Of a DNA stretch of 64,000 bases, positions 1 to 14,330 are shown in pieces. The stretch is from the NCBI GenBank assembly GCA_951406725.2, contig OX597827.1, positions 55,118,001-55,182,000 on the forward strand, given 5' to 3'. The notes beneath the pieces are model-generated. The model was given only the letters and a program-made list of their open reading frames with translations. It was not told the DNA's origin and made no database searches. How positions within the stretch are numbered: position 1 is the first letter of the stretch; every line of letters starts with the position of its first letter. Source of the stretch: Octopus vulgaris. Its lineage: Eukaryota. The translations under genes were made by a program, and so were the position numbers.

Positions 1-139
1 TCAGGATGGTTATTATTTTTTTACAGGAATTTTGCGAAACAAATTTATAAACATAACAATATTACTCTGTGTATGTGTGTGTGTGTGTGTCTCTCTCTCT
101 CTATATTTATATATATATATGTGTATATATATATGGATA

Positions 140-2255
140 TTCGTCCTTAATGTCTTTGAAGATGAACAGAATAGTAACTTTACTCCTTGTGGATCCTGAA
201 GCAGCTTCCTAATCCAATATTGGCATAAAATCCAGTTACAATGGTGACACATAATTAGCCGAATCAGGGCCCTGTAGCACTCTTGCTTTCCCTGTAACCA
301 TGTTCTCTTTAGTTTCTCTAACCATTTCTGGTTTTGAGTGCCATACTCCATAGTACGCCACAGTGAGTGATCCTGAGCAGCCTATTCCTAAGTAGACTGT
401 TCTCAGTTACACTTTTCCAAGATTGTCTTGAGAGTCTCTTTGTAGCTCTTCTTTGGTCTACCATGTGAGTGAGAGCCAACTGCTAGTTCACAAGAGAAAA
501 TCTGATTAGGGAATCTAGAGTCTTGAGTCATGCATGTGCACTACATGCCCACACCACTGCAGTTAGCATTTACTTAGGAAAGTATATATGCTTGACTTGT
601 TTTCTCTGACACAGTAGTATAAGAAATATTTTGGCAATTGATGTTGAGAATTTCTCAGAGACATGTTATGTGAAAGTAACTAAGTTTCTTTTAATGTCTT
701 TGGTAAACTCTCCAGGTTTCACATCCATAAAATAATGTAGTCACCACAACAGCTTTGTGTACCTCAAATTTTGTCTTTTTAATCAAACCAACTCATTCCT
801 GAACCTTGTGATGAACCTGTCCAAAAGCAGAGCTGGCTTTTGCTATTTTTGCATTCACTTCATCATCTATGTGAACATTTCTTAACAGTATACTTCCAAG
901 GTAGGCAAACCTCTCTACAGTTTGGAGTGGCTGATAGTTTACAGTGAAGAGTGGTTCAATGTTGGATTTCTGGAAGTTGGTTACTACATAACTTCAGTTT
1001 TCTTGAACCTGATTCTGAGGCTGAAGTTATCAAAGGTATAGGAATGCTGTTTATGCCATTGGGGATCTTCAAAATTTACATTCAGGGCACAATCATCTGC
1101 AAAGTGGAGCCCCCACCTATTGTATAGAGCCTCGTTTTAGTCTTTGCCTTGAGGTAGCTAGTGTTAAAAAGACTACCATCATACCTATATCTGAGTTAGA
1201 TGCCAGGTGTCACATGGGAGGATGCATCATAAAATATTGCATTAAACATCAAAACTGAAAAGCATAGGTGCCAGAACACAACCCTGCTTCACATCGTTGA
1301 TAATGGTGAAAGGTGCAAAGTATTCTCCATAATTTATGACATGATGTTGCATGCCATCATGAACATTGTCCGTTTGACCTTGCAATAGCTTAATACTGAC
1401 AAAGTTGCATATTCCTCCTGTAGATTGCATTTCCTCATTAGTAGAGACAAGATCTCCTACAGTGAAGCAGAAATTGCATGAATACTATGAATCAGTTTGT
1501 TGCAGTTTGCATACCAACACCCCTCAATTCAAGAATGCTACAAGCGGCCCTAAACATGGAATGGCAGCAACATATGACAAATGAATGCCTTTATGGAGAC
1601 CTGCCAAAAGATAGTGAGATGATCAGGCAAAGACAGCTGCAACTATCTGGCCACTGCATGTGCCATCCTGAACTGAGAGCATCCAAATTAGTCTTGTGGA
1701 ACCCACTTCATGGTGATAAAAGAAGAGGAAAACATTGTCACACTTATATTGACAACTTGATTACACTGGCCTGGAATGTATCCAGGACCATGAGGCTATG
1801 ATGTTGGGCTGAAAAATGCGGCAGGTGGACCTTGTTGCTGCAGCCTGGGTTGAAAACCATCATAAAAAATCAAACAAAAATCATGAAATTGCTGTCATGA
1901 ACTTGTCAGGGCAACCAAACTTCATCATTATTTTCTGGAGGCCTTGTCTGCTTACAGTAATATCAAACACTACCAGCTGTAAGCATGGGAATCCTTGTTC
2001 TCCAATTAGACTCAGAAAGGTCCTTACAAACTAAAAGCAACCCAAGGGCAAAATTTCCTGGCCTGCCTCTTTTGACCCAAATGAACTAATCTAAGAGATT
2101 GCCAACTCAGAATGTTTATTCTTCAGTGACTTACTAACCAACTGACCATAATGGATTCCTGCCACCCAGATACGAAGAGTTACATTTGTCTTCAGCTTCA
2201 GAGTTTGACAAGCCATCCATGGTGCTAACCATAGTCATTCTATGACTGGACATAG
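140..2255 (-). mobile_element. Degenerate RTE-clade LINE ORF2 remnant
   Basis: Frameshifted RT pieces: IMMKFGCPDKF, HDGMQ, VKQGCVLAPMLFS, HFADDCAL, FAYLGS. Split by the insertion at 1364-1879. Confidence 0.8.
1364..1879 (+). mobile_element. 3' fragment of a second LINE nested in the RTE remnant
   Basis: ORF2 C-terminus RMLQAALNMEWQQHMTNECLYG...RQLQLSGHC..HPE...LVLW.P.HG.KRRG, an A-rich end, and an 8-bp TSD ATCATGAA at 1356-1363 and 1880-1887. Confidence 0.75.
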
Positions 2256-2261
2256 ACTTAA

Positions 2262-2322
<61 letters not shown>

Positions 2323-2399
2323 ATATATATTAATATATATATATATACACATATATATACCTATATATATATGTGGAGTATATATATATATATATATAT

Positions 2400-2436
<37 letters not shown>

Positions 2437-2921
2437 TACATAGATAATCGTTTTTATTAAAATGAAGCTGAAAGTTCATGTCATGACCTGAGTTTCACTC
2501 TACTGCAATCCTCAGGCACAGTGGTGGGAATTTCAAGTCATGAGATAAATTTTCAGTTTTAATAAAAAATATTCCTTTACATGTATAGAGCACTCTTTTT
2601 CATTCACCCAACTTCATCCAACATTAAGCAATACACATCATCATCATCATCATATATAATATATATAAGGTGAGCTGGCAGAACCAATAGCACACCAGAC
2701 ATAACACCTAGCAGCATTTCATCCATTTCTATGTTTTGACTTCAAATTCTGTCTCAGTTGACTTTGCTTTTCATCCTTTTGAGGTCAATGAAATAAGTAC
2801 CAGTTGCACACCTGGGTTGAGGTAATGAACTAAATCCCTCATCTCAAACTTCAGGCCTTGTGCTTATAATAGAAAGGATAGATAGATACTCATATAAATC
2901 TGTATACATTGAAATATACAG

Positions 2922-2964
<43 letters not shown>

Positions 2965-2967
<3 letters not shown>

Positions 2968-3283
2968 TCTTTACTCTTTTACTTGTTTCAGTCATTTGAC
3001 TGCGGCCATGCTGGAGCACCGCCTTTAGCCGAGCAAATCGACCCTGGGACTTATTCTTTGTAAGCCCAGTACTTATTCTATTTCTTTTACTTGTTTCAGT
3101 CATTTGACTGCAGCCATGCTGGAGCACTGCCTTTAGTTGAGCAAACTGACCCCAGAGCTTATTCTTTGTAAGCCTAGTACTTACTCTATCGGTCTCTTTT
3201 GCCGAACCACAAAGTTACAGAGACGCAGACACACCAGCATCGGTTGTCAAGCAAATTTGGGGGGACAAACATATACACACACA

Positions 3284-3329
<46 letters not shown>

Positions 3330-3490
3330 GCTTCTTTCAGTTTCCATCTACCAAATCCACTCAAGGCTTTGATCGGTCCAAGGCTATAGTAGAAGACAGT
3401 TGCCCAAGGTGCCAAACAGTAGGACTGAACCCAGAACCATGTGGTTGGTAAGCAAGCTACTTACCACACAGCCACTCCTGCCCCTATTAT
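2965..3490 (-). mobile_element. tRNA-derived CORE-type SINE (octopus OR-like family B), with duplicated 3' segment
   Basis: A/B-box head (tggctgtgtgg...ggttcagtcc), CORE-like gcaccttgggcaa, internal microsatellite, and tail gactgaaacaagtaaaagag. Many copies occur in the window. Confidence 0.85.
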
Positions 3491-3545
<55 letters not shown>

Positions 3546-3549
<4 letters not shown>

Positions 3550-4092
3550 GTTATTCCATAAATAATGTGGTTTTTCAATTGCATGAAATAAAAGTCGGAA
3601 GGGGATGGGATGAACTACCTGCATCAACATGCTATAAAAGCAGGTAGTAATTTTACCTTGTCTTTATTTTTGAAGAGTGCAGTGCAATTATAATAGTTAT
3701 TTTTTCAAAGCTATAATGGAAGTGACAAAGGTGCATATTTGGCATATTTTGCTTTATGAGTTCAATAAAGGCAACAATGCAACAGAAAGTGCGAGAAATA
3801 TTAATGTAGTATATGGGGATCAGACAATAAATGTAAGCCAGTGTTAACAGTGGTTCCAGAAGTTCCAAGCTGGAAACTACAGCCTCAAACACAAGCCTCA
3901 TCCTGGAAGATCTGTAGAGCCCTGCAATGATGAGGATGCCCTGCAAACTCTGGTGGAACAAAATCCCATCATAACTGTTGAGGAACTAGCAGAGAAGCTT
4001 GGATTTAGTCATTCAACCATTCATCTACACCTACATGCCATCGGAAAAGTCAGCAAATTGGGTCAAAGGGTTCTTCACAAACTTCCTGAGTC
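3546..4092 (+). mobile_element. mariner transposase remnant with 5' TIR
   Basis: TA-flanked TTGGGTTATTCCATAAAT end. ATG at 3716 begins MEVTKVHIWHILLYEFNKGNNATESARNI...WFQKF..G.YSL...PHPGRS, then LAEKLGFSHSTI..HLHAIGKVSKLGQRVLHKL (HTH domains and WVPHEL-like linker), with stops and frameshifts. Confidence 0.85.
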
Positions 4093-4567
4093 TAAAGCTG
4101 GGATCATTGATAATATCTTGAACTTGTTGGATGAATTGCGGTGTCCTTATAATATCTGAACATTTAGAATGTTTTTTTCTCTTTCATGATGATGATGACT
4201 ATGACGATGACTATGACAGCAATGACAATGATGACGATGAAGACAACAAAAATGATGATATTGATGAGGATGATAAAGTTCAAACTTTCAAACCAGGAGC
4301 ATCCAAACTTGGTTTTATAAAGATCTTGCAATCTTTACAAAGTTGGCAATTTCAAATCACTGTTTCCCATATTTGGTAGCAATGACTGTACACCTTTGCA
4401 TTTCTTGAGTTGTTAGTATTTTATATGCTATGGGGCTATCTGAAAGAAACAAAATCCTTTTCATTGGTTAGAGAACAGTAATAACACTGATAATTAAGTG
4501 TCTTCAAATACCCCACACACCATGCACATGTGTGTGTATGTATGTATGTATCTATATATATATATAC

Positions 4568-4644
<77 letters not shown>

Positions 4645-4645
<1 letters not shown>

Positions 4646-5395
4646 CAGCATCAGACCATCAGGTGCTTTGTACACCACTGGTTATAATGCTCTTCCAATT
4701 TTGTTTTGACTGTACTTTTCTTTACCATCTTGATCCAAATCTCTTAACTAAATCATCTTCCCATCATCGTAGAGGCCCCTCCAAATGGCCTTTTCTGATC
4801 TCTTGGATACCATTTGGCATCTGCACAGATCCACCTGTTTGTCTGTGAACCTTGCAACATGTTCAACCCTGTAGAGCTTGTGTTTCCAGCATTTCTGCAA
4901 TCACATCATTCATTCCACTCTATCCTCGGAATATCTCACTTTGAATATGCACTCGTAATAGATATTCCTAGCTGGGATCTTTCCGTGGCCCTTTGTATCA
5001 TAGCCAATTGATGTCCCCTTCCCCACAAAATCATAGTAGTCCATGTCTTTCTTGCATATAAGATTTCTATTAGGACAATGTAATATTGAACAGATTGGCA
5101 CATGTGGCATTGTCTATGACACTGGCCTCCTCACTGAAATCCCAGACCAGCTGCAGACCGTGATGACAAAGCTGAACACTCATAATATAAAAACAATATA
5201 TATGCAGTCAGAAGATGTAGCAAAAGGCTGAATAGAGGTGGGAAGTGATGGAATTGAGGAGGTAAAGGAGTACATCTACTTAGGGGGTACACATTGGATA
5301 TGCATTGAGATAAGGATGGTGAAACCTCAAAGAGAATAATAGCAGGATGGAAGGTAGTTTACCTCAATAAAGGATGTGTTCAAAACAAAGATGTA
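4645..5395 (-). mobile_element. Degenerate RTE LINE 3' fragment with inverted 5' segment
   Basis: Minus part 4645-5125 encodes ANLFN... through WYPRDQKRP.G. Plus part 5125-5395 encodes the immediately upstream IEEVKEYIYLG...KRIIAGWK. Confidence 0.65.
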
Positions 5396-5399
5396 TGTA

Positions 5400-5452
<53 letters not shown>

Positions 5453-5470
5453 AAAGAGAGAGAGATTTAG

Positions 5471-5510
<40 letters not shown>

Positions 5511-5560
5511 AGAGAGAGAGAGAGAGAGAGAGAGGGATAGATTTAGTTTTTATATATATT

Positions 5561-5604
<44 letters not shown>

Positions 5605-6044
5605 TGTTTTATATATATATGTATACATATATATATAAAACACTTACACATTCACACAAATTTAATTACATATAGATAGATATATACATCTTATAAAGAT
5701 ATGCACATTCGTACATTCATGTATATATAAATACATGCATGTGTTAAAATATGCATTTATATATGTTATACTTATACATACATATTTACTCAGTGTTACC
5801 AAATTAATGTTTACATTGCTAAAATGTTCATGTAATGTGCAGCTATTTTCAGCTTTGATTTTCATACATTCGTTTATTTATTTTTACATATTTTCATCTT
5901 TTCTTGCTCTTCTGTGATTGGCACTGATTCTCTTCACTGGGTTAGTCTAACCCAGCTAAACAATTATTATGTTAGTGGTTATTGCTGTTTAAACAATGTC
6001 TGTTTCTGTTTTAAATATAAACTTTCTAAAAAAATATATATATG

Positions 6045-6103
<59 letters not shown>

Positions 6104-6386
6104 ATTACTAAAACAAAATGTAAAATACAATATGAAGCAGGCTAAGATTTCAGAATATGCCAAAGCAACATCAGCAACAATAACAACAATGATAATATTA
6201 ACTGTCTTAGTCATTTGTAGCTCTTAACTAATTTGAGACCATTCATGGTTCTGTACATTTGAAATATTAATCATCAAAATTTATTTTTCTTAAAAACCAA
6301 ATTATTAATATTATCATTATGATTTGCTCCAGCATGGCTGCAATCAAATGCCTGAAACAATTGAAAGAATAAAAGAATTGTTATTA

Positions 6387-6426
<40 letters not shown>

Positions 6427-6476
6427 CATTATTATTATCATTATTATTATTATCATTATTATCATTATTATTATTA

Positions 6477-6522
<46 letters not shown>

Positions 6523-6525
<3 letters not shown>

Positions 6526-7436
6526 GGTGGTGAGCTGGCAGAATTGTTAGCATGCTTAACAGTATTTCGCCTGTTGCTATGTTCTGAGTTCAAATTCTGC
6601 CGAGGTCGACTTTGTCTTTCATCCTTTCAGGATTGATTAATTAAGTACCAGTCAAGTACAGGGTGTCAATGTGATTGACTGTCCCCTTCCCCACAAAATC
6701 CAGGCCTTGTGCCTATAGTAGAAAGGATTATTATTATCATGATTAATAGGCAGCAAGCTGGCAGAATCGTTAGCATGCTGGACAAAATACTTAGCAATAT
6801 TTTTTTTATTTTTACCTGTCAGTACATTCTGGGTTCAAATTCTGCTGAAGTTGACTTTGCCTATCATCCTTTTGGGGCTGATAAATTAAGTACCAGTTAA
6901 GTATTGGGGTTCGATGTAATCAACTAGTCCCCTCCCCCATATTTTCAGGCCTTGTGCCTTTAGTAGAAAGGATTATCATTATTATCATTATTATTAATTA
7001 GGCTGTGAGCTGGCAAAATCGTTAGCTTGCTGGATGAAATGCTTAGCGGTATTTCACCCATCGCTACATTCTGAGTTCAAATTCCACCGACGTCGACTTT
7101 ACTTTTCATCCTTTCAAACTCGATAAATTAAGTACCAGTGAAACACTGGGGTTGATGTAATCAACTAGGCCTCTCCCCACAAACTTCAGGCTTTGTGCCT
7201 ATAGTAGAAAGGATTATTATTACTAAGGTGGAGAGCTGGCAGAATCGTTAGCACACCAAGCAAAATGCCTAATGGCACTTCATCTGTCTTTATGTGTTCA
7301 AATTTCACCAAGGTTGACTTTGCCTTTCATCCTTTTGGAGTCAATAAATTAAGTACTAATGAAACACTGAGGTTGATGTAATCAACAAATCCTCTCTTTC
7401 AAATTTTCAGGACTTGTGCCTATAGTAGAAAGGATA

Positions 7437-7492
<56 letters not shown>

Positions 7493-8175
7493 TGAGATGT
7501 ACCTGCAAGTGTTTCGATCTGAGATGAGATGGTGTGCTAAAACTAAGGTAATTGCAGTATGAAATACATACGTTAACCATTCAGAAACACACAGAGACTC
7601 CACTTAAACATTTATTAGTAATATAGTATCGAAATTTTTGTTGCTCAAAACTGTGAACATATCATAATTTCAAGTGATCAAAATTTTGACATATCACAAA
7701 TAAAAGTTTAAGTGAAGCCAACGGTTATTATGTATTTCTGAATGACTAACTTATCTCTTCCATACTGCAATCCCTTAATATTATCATTATTTAATAGGGC
7801 AGAAAACAGGCAGAATTGTTAGCATACTGGAAAAAATGCTTAGAAACAATTAATCCATATTTACATTCTGTGTTCAAAGTCTGCCAAAGTTGACTTTGCC
7901 TTTCATCCTTTCGGGGTTGATAAAAGAAGCACCAGTTGAGCTCTGGGGGTTGATGTAATTGACTTACTCTACCCCTGAAATTGCTGGCCTTGTGCCAAAA
8001 TTTGAAAACATAATAATAATATTAAAACAATGAGCTTAAGAAAATAGGTTTTGTTTTGCTTGAAGACATGTCAGTTGAGGGATTAATTAGTAACAAGAAA
8101 TAAACTTATATCAAGATAGATAGCAAGACAGATAAACAAATGAGCAGAAAGATAGCCAGGCCAATAGAAGCAAGG

Positions 8176-8227
<52 letters not shown>

Positions 8228-8439
8228 GGCAGTGAGCTGGTAAAATTGTTAGCATGCCAGGTGAAATGCTTAGCAGCATTTGGTCTCTCTTCATGTTCTG
8301 AGTTCAAATGCCGCTGGGGTCGACTTCGCCTTTCATCTTTTTGGGGTCGATAAATTAATTACCAGTTACACATTGAGGTTGATGTAATCGACTTGTCCCT
8401 TCCCCCCAAATTTCAGGCCTTGTGCCTATAGTAGAAAGG

Positions 8440-8489
<50 letters not shown>

Positions 8490-9178
8490 GAAGGCAGTGA
8501 GCTAGCAGAATCATTAGCATGTCAGATGAAATGCTTAGTGGTATTTCAACCATCGCTACATTCTGAGTTCAAATTCCACTGTGGTTGACTTTACCTTTCA
8601 TCCTTTTGGGGTCAATAAAATAAGTACCAGTTGAACACTGGGTCAATGTAATCAACTAATCCCCTCCCCAGAAATTGCTGACCTTGTATCAAAATTTGAA
8701 ACAATTATTATTATTAAGGCAGTGAGCTAGTAGAATCATTAGCCTGCTGGACGAAATGCTTAGTAGTATTTTGCCTATTGCTACAATCTGAGTTCAAATT
8801 CCACCAAGGTAAATTTTGTCTTTCATCCTTTCTGGGTTGATAAATTAAGTAATAGTGAAACACTGGGGTCAATGTAATCAACTTATCCCCTCCCACCAAA
8901 TTTAAGGCCTTGCGCCTTTAGTAGAAAGGTTTATTATTATCGTTATTATTATTATTAAGGTGGTGAGCTGGCAGAATCGTTAGCATGCCAGGCAAAATGC
9001 TTAGCGGTATTTCGCCCTTTGCTACACTCTAAGTTCAAATTCTGCCAAGGTTGACTTTGCCTTTCATCCTTTTAGATTCAATGAATTAAGTACCAGTTGA
9101 GCACTGGGTGGGGGGGTTCAATGAAATCGACTTAGCTACCCCAACAAAATTGGAGGCCTTGTGCCTATAGTAGAAAGG

Positions 9179-9225
<47 letters not shown>

Positions 9226-9331
9226 TACTATTATCATTATTATTATTAATATTATTATAATTATTATTAATATTAATATTATTATTATTAATATTATTAT
9301 CATTATTATTATTATTATTATCAATATTATT

Positions 9332-9362
<31 letters not shown>

Positions 9363-9545
9363 TTATTAATATTAAGGGTAGTGAATCTCTGAATCAACAG
9401 AGTGCTGAGCAAAACATCATGTGGTATTTTAGTTACATCCTTTTAATAGTCTGAGTTATTCACTTCATCTCATTGGAATCAAATAAAATATGTACCAGTC
9501 ATGTACTGACTCAATTCAATTGACTCCATCCCCTTCCCCTCACTC
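6523..9545 (+). repeat. Head-to-tail array of about 10 tRNA-derived SINE copies (family A, about 210 bp) separated by (ATT)n
   Basis: Unit: aaggcggtgagctggcagaatcgttagc...gagttcaaattc...gactttgcctttcatcctttcggggtcgataaattaagtaccag...ggccttgtgcc. Starts at about 6523, 6746, 6999, 7224, 7796, 8225, 8491, 8715, 8956 and 9372. Confidence 0.92.
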
Positions 9546-12500
9546 TGCCCTCCGAAATCATTATTTAATTTATTTATTTATTTGTTCATGATAAAAGTAA
9601 TACACAATGTAAGTAACTACGTAAAAGTGATTATCATCAGATACTGCACTTGTTAGTTGCTAATGCTAGTCAAGCTTTAGCTTTCTAATACTGTAAATAG
9701 AGCAAAGCTTCTGAGGTTTGTTGATTTTTAAAAAATAAACTAATTTATTGTACAGTCATTATATTCACACAATTCATCTCCTCCGAATAAAAAGAAAAGT
9801 GTTGTTATATTGGTGTAAATTTCTCCTCAGAGGGAAAAATGAAGCAAATGTACACACAGTATAATGTCACAAAAATACAGATGAAATCATTTACCTGAAG
9901 CCAATGGTATATAAAAAAAGTTGTTGAAGTTATTATATTTAGTGTTGTAAACTTGTGGCACACAACTTTTCCAAGAGGTGGACAACAAAATACCAGTCAA
10001 AATCTTTATGAACCAGCAAATATAAATTTACTTTTTGTTGCATTATGTTACACCGTAGGACTTAAAATTTGCTGTAGACTAAAATTTTGGTATAGACTAC
10101 TGGTCCACATCGTGTATCACTGTTGTAAACTATGTTTTTATTGCTGACACAATGTCCAAAATGTTGGAGTCTTTTGTTATGGAATATGGTGGGATTGTTT
10201 AACATATAGATTTTGTTTAATCTGTTGACTTGTTAGAGTGTTGATAGTCAAGGTGTATTGGCCGTGTGGTTAATATGTTGATATCTTGACACATAGGTTG
10301 TGATTGTCTATCATTTGAAGGGTTACACTATGTCCTTAATGGAGACATTTAACTCTACTTGTCTTAGTTTAATAGATTCAAATGTCAGAACTGGGTCAGC
10401 TCAATGATTTAATCAATTGAATAAATAAAATAATTCTGATAAAGCTGATTTTAAACCAATACTTCAGATATGTATCATAAGAGACATCCTAAAGCTATGA
10501 GATGGCTGAATGCCCAACAGAAGAAAATATTGTATTAATTTTTATATACTGTTAATACTCTTGGATAATACTTAAAAAACAACAAAAGTACTATCTCCTG
10601 AGAGTGGAGCTGACCTACAGAGTCTGAGTTATAATGTGAGCTTCACATGTCTAGAGTCACCACAACTTTTCCCTTTCTGCAAATTATATATGCTCAATGT
10701 AGAGTTGAGCAACCATATATACTCCAGATTGACCAGATATACCACAGCTAATCTCATTCTGAAAGGTAAGATACTCTTGGTCAATTGTTCATTTCTGTAG
10801 TGATAAATATCAGTATATATTTGGTATATAATTGTCATTTTGAAATTGTAGTTTCTAGGAACAATTTTACAAAAAAAAAAGAAAAAAAATTAAAACTCTG
10901 GATTTCAATATTAACTTTATAACAGAGTGTTGTCAAAATATCAACTACATATTACTTGGTGCTAATCTTACAATGGTTAGAGTAGGAAAACAAATAAAAT
11001 GACTTAAATACTCAACTTCCTTATCTACAAAATTTTGGAAAGATGAAATGAAAAAGAAACTGTCCAAAACGAAATTTTCCATTGTATTGTTTTAGTTATA
11101 TATAATTTTGCATCACAACAGTAAAATTTTTAATTCCATTGGCCAGGTAACATATAAAATATTTTTTTATTCTCTCAATGCATTGTAATAAATTGCTTTT
11201 TGCTGAAAAGATGCCAAATTTGAACTTTAAAAAAATAAACAAAATGAAACAATCAGTTATTTTGTACCAATTCTCAATATTTATGATGATTGTCCACATT
11301 TTAGTAGCAACTGTTCTAAATTCTATTTGGCGTCTCTTACTTGTAACTTTTCTGTTTGTAAATCAAAAATTCATCTAAATTTCATGTTACTAATTAGTTA
11401 TTGAGAAATGAAAACTTATTTGGGTCCATTTTCAAAGATGTTTTTTTTAATATAGTAGATGAGTTTTTTCATATATTTATAAACCACAATAATTGCAGTC
11501 ACACGTGGTGGCTGATCATGTTTTTCATACATTGTATATTATTCAGTCATAAATTGACTCTTCATCTTCAATGATTTTCAATATTTAGGAATAACCTCTC
11601 AAAACCCAAGTTAAAATTATCCTCAACAACAACAGCCAATATTTTTTTGTATTTTTTGAAAATGAAAGCTTCTACGTTGGCTAAACAGAGGTATATCGTT
11701 TTTGTTTCCACTCAACATGGAAAACGGATTCTTTTGATAATTCATGAAATGGTTTTTGTTTACACCTTGTAGCTATATTTTGAAATTTTGGTAAATCTCC
11801 ATTCTTGAAATACAACCATTAATTTCTAAGAACAGATGGCCCTATTTTAGAGCTAAAGTGCTAAATTGTGAAAAATTTTATAGAACTTTTTCTAAAGCTT
11901 GCTTTCTCACATGCCTAGCTATATCTGACAACAGTTACGCTTTACATGGATGTTTAAAGCAACTTGTGCAAGTCCTTTTGTTACAATATTAATCACTGCC
12001 TTTATTGCTAACATTACAGCTATTTGATTATAAAAAAGAAAAAAAAATGTTTGAATATTTTTAAACAGTAAACACTGAAAACCTAACCAACAGAGAAATA
12101 TTTCAAAGTAATGTTGGATAAATGGAACAGTGTACATGTATGAAAGATTTATACATGGACTTATTAGCAGAAATAATATTTGATGGGAATTTTCTGATTT
12201 CATACCATAAATCAGTTTTAGAATTTTCCCTTCATTTTATTTTTCATTTGGAAAGGATATAGATGAGTTTTTATAAGTGATTTTCCGTACAGTTTGTCAC
12301 TATTTGAATGTTTTGGAAAAGAAAGGTGTTAAACATTTATTCAAAGATCATTAAAATTGGGACAATTAAATTTTTGTAATACAACTTCAAAAAAAAAAAA
12401 AAAAAAACAACCACAAATTTTTATCCAGGGAGTTTTCTCATTTGAACACAATGTTTTCTTTTCTTTCTTTGAAGAGAATTTCTCCCTACAGTTTCCACCC

Positions 12501-14330
12501 TTTCATCTATATGTCACCTCAAATTTTCAAAATTACACATTGTTTACAAATTTCTTTGAAAATAAACAATCGTTATTCATAGTAATAAAATAATATCAGT
12601 ATAATGTAGAAAAAAGGGTTTACAATCTTGTATGAAATTCAACTTATTAAATATGGAGTAGAGAGAATTTATAGAGTAGCATAATTTCATTGTTGTTGAT
12701 ATCTTGACACCCTCTAAACTGATGAGCCACTCCATAACTTAGATGTCACTAGGAACTAACATTTTTAGTACTCTCTCTTCTTTACCTTATTTATTAAATA
12801 GTATGCAATCTACAGATTTACATGTCTAGCTGCAGATGTACTTAAATTTATTGCAGAATGAGGCCACTTATATTCTCATAGCAAAGTATTGGATGAAGTT
12901 GAATTTCCTCAAAAGCTCACAAAATCCCTTGAGCTTTAATTTTTAATCCCAGTTAAGGAGTCAAACTCTTTTAAAATGAACAATTAACCCCTGACTTGCA
13001 TACATGTGCATGCATGTGTATATGTGTGTGTGTGCATGCGTGCATGTGTGTGTGCATGTGCATGTGTGTGTGTTCTAAGCATCATATTATAAGCCAGGGC
13101 CTTCTCTCCAAATTTGAAATGACATCCATCTGAGAATCATGTGTCTAAGAAGTATTGTGCTATATCAACTGTGCCTTTCAGATCAACAACAAAATCAATA
13201 ATTCTGCAGTTTGTCACATATTAATAACTTAAATAAATATTTAAAAAAACAATTTAGTTCATAATTTCATGCTAGTATCTATAGTATCTAACTGTCTTTA
13301 GTTTAAGTTCCACAGACATACAGAAACCCCCTAGAATGTATACCTATTGGCAACATAGTGATAAGCATTGAAGGAAAGATAAAAACCAACAAAATACAAT
13401 GACAATAATTGTACAAGTAGTTACGCATATAATAAAGTATTAAGTATCATTCCACTTTCCAAATGAAGTTTCAAAATTAATTCAACTGTTGAGAGGATAT
13501 CTGATTATCAAAAAATAATCCCACAATTAATGCTAATTAATGCACTCACTGTGAAATTAATAAATATTTGCTCACTTTATTTTGCCTATCAGTGTTTAAA
13601 TGTGTGAATGAAGAACTTGTAGCAATTAGTAAGATTATTAGATGATAAAATAATTGTCTTATTGAGTTATGATATATATACAATGACTTAGTTAACATTC
13701 ACTCCTGTGTTATATAAAAAAAAGCAACATGTTATATGACTTGTATTTCCTTTCAATTATAAATTACCTCTCAACATTGATTTTATAATCCTTACTAAAT
13801 GGTGTACTGGTTATGTAAATTATATAGTCTTGTGGGTTCAACGGTGAACATTAATACTTTAAAAACCTTCTAGACACAATTACTAATTTCCAAAAGGGCA
13901 AGCCTATTTGTACTGTTCATTTACTGGAGTGATTTACATTTATGACTATCAACTCAAATCTGTCACTTTGCAATATTCTCATGAATAATAGACGTATAAA
14001 ATATTGCTATTTCAACCAATAAACTTCATTTAATATGTATTTTTTATTTTCTTCTTTCTTTGCTATGCTGTTTTTTTTTTTTACAATTTTTTTTTTACTC
14101 TTTGCTTACTATATGATTAACAACTGAACTGAAATTTGTCAATGAGTTCTATGATAAAAGCTATATTTACATTGAAGATATATTGTATTTTGCCAATACA
14201 ATGAAGAAATAAATATTGTTGTAAACACATCTTTCCTGATGAAAGAAAATGAGGTAAAAAATATCATTAAAGTTCCACTCTCAGCTAATTTGTGTTTGGT
14301 TGGTTCTTTTTGATTATTATGTATGTTTCT

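Noticed and set aside
2860-9454. Many ORFs rich in YI, HT, poly-I/L/N (here and throughout the window)
   Set aside because: They are translations of (TA)n, (CA)n and (ATT)n microsatellites and SINE bodies.
9895-10027. Minus-strand open frame IYICWFIKILTGILLSTSW... ending at a CAG|GTAAAT donor-like site, resembling a signal peptide
   Set aside because: There is no in-frame ATG or good acceptor, no downstream exon was found and no homology is recognisable.
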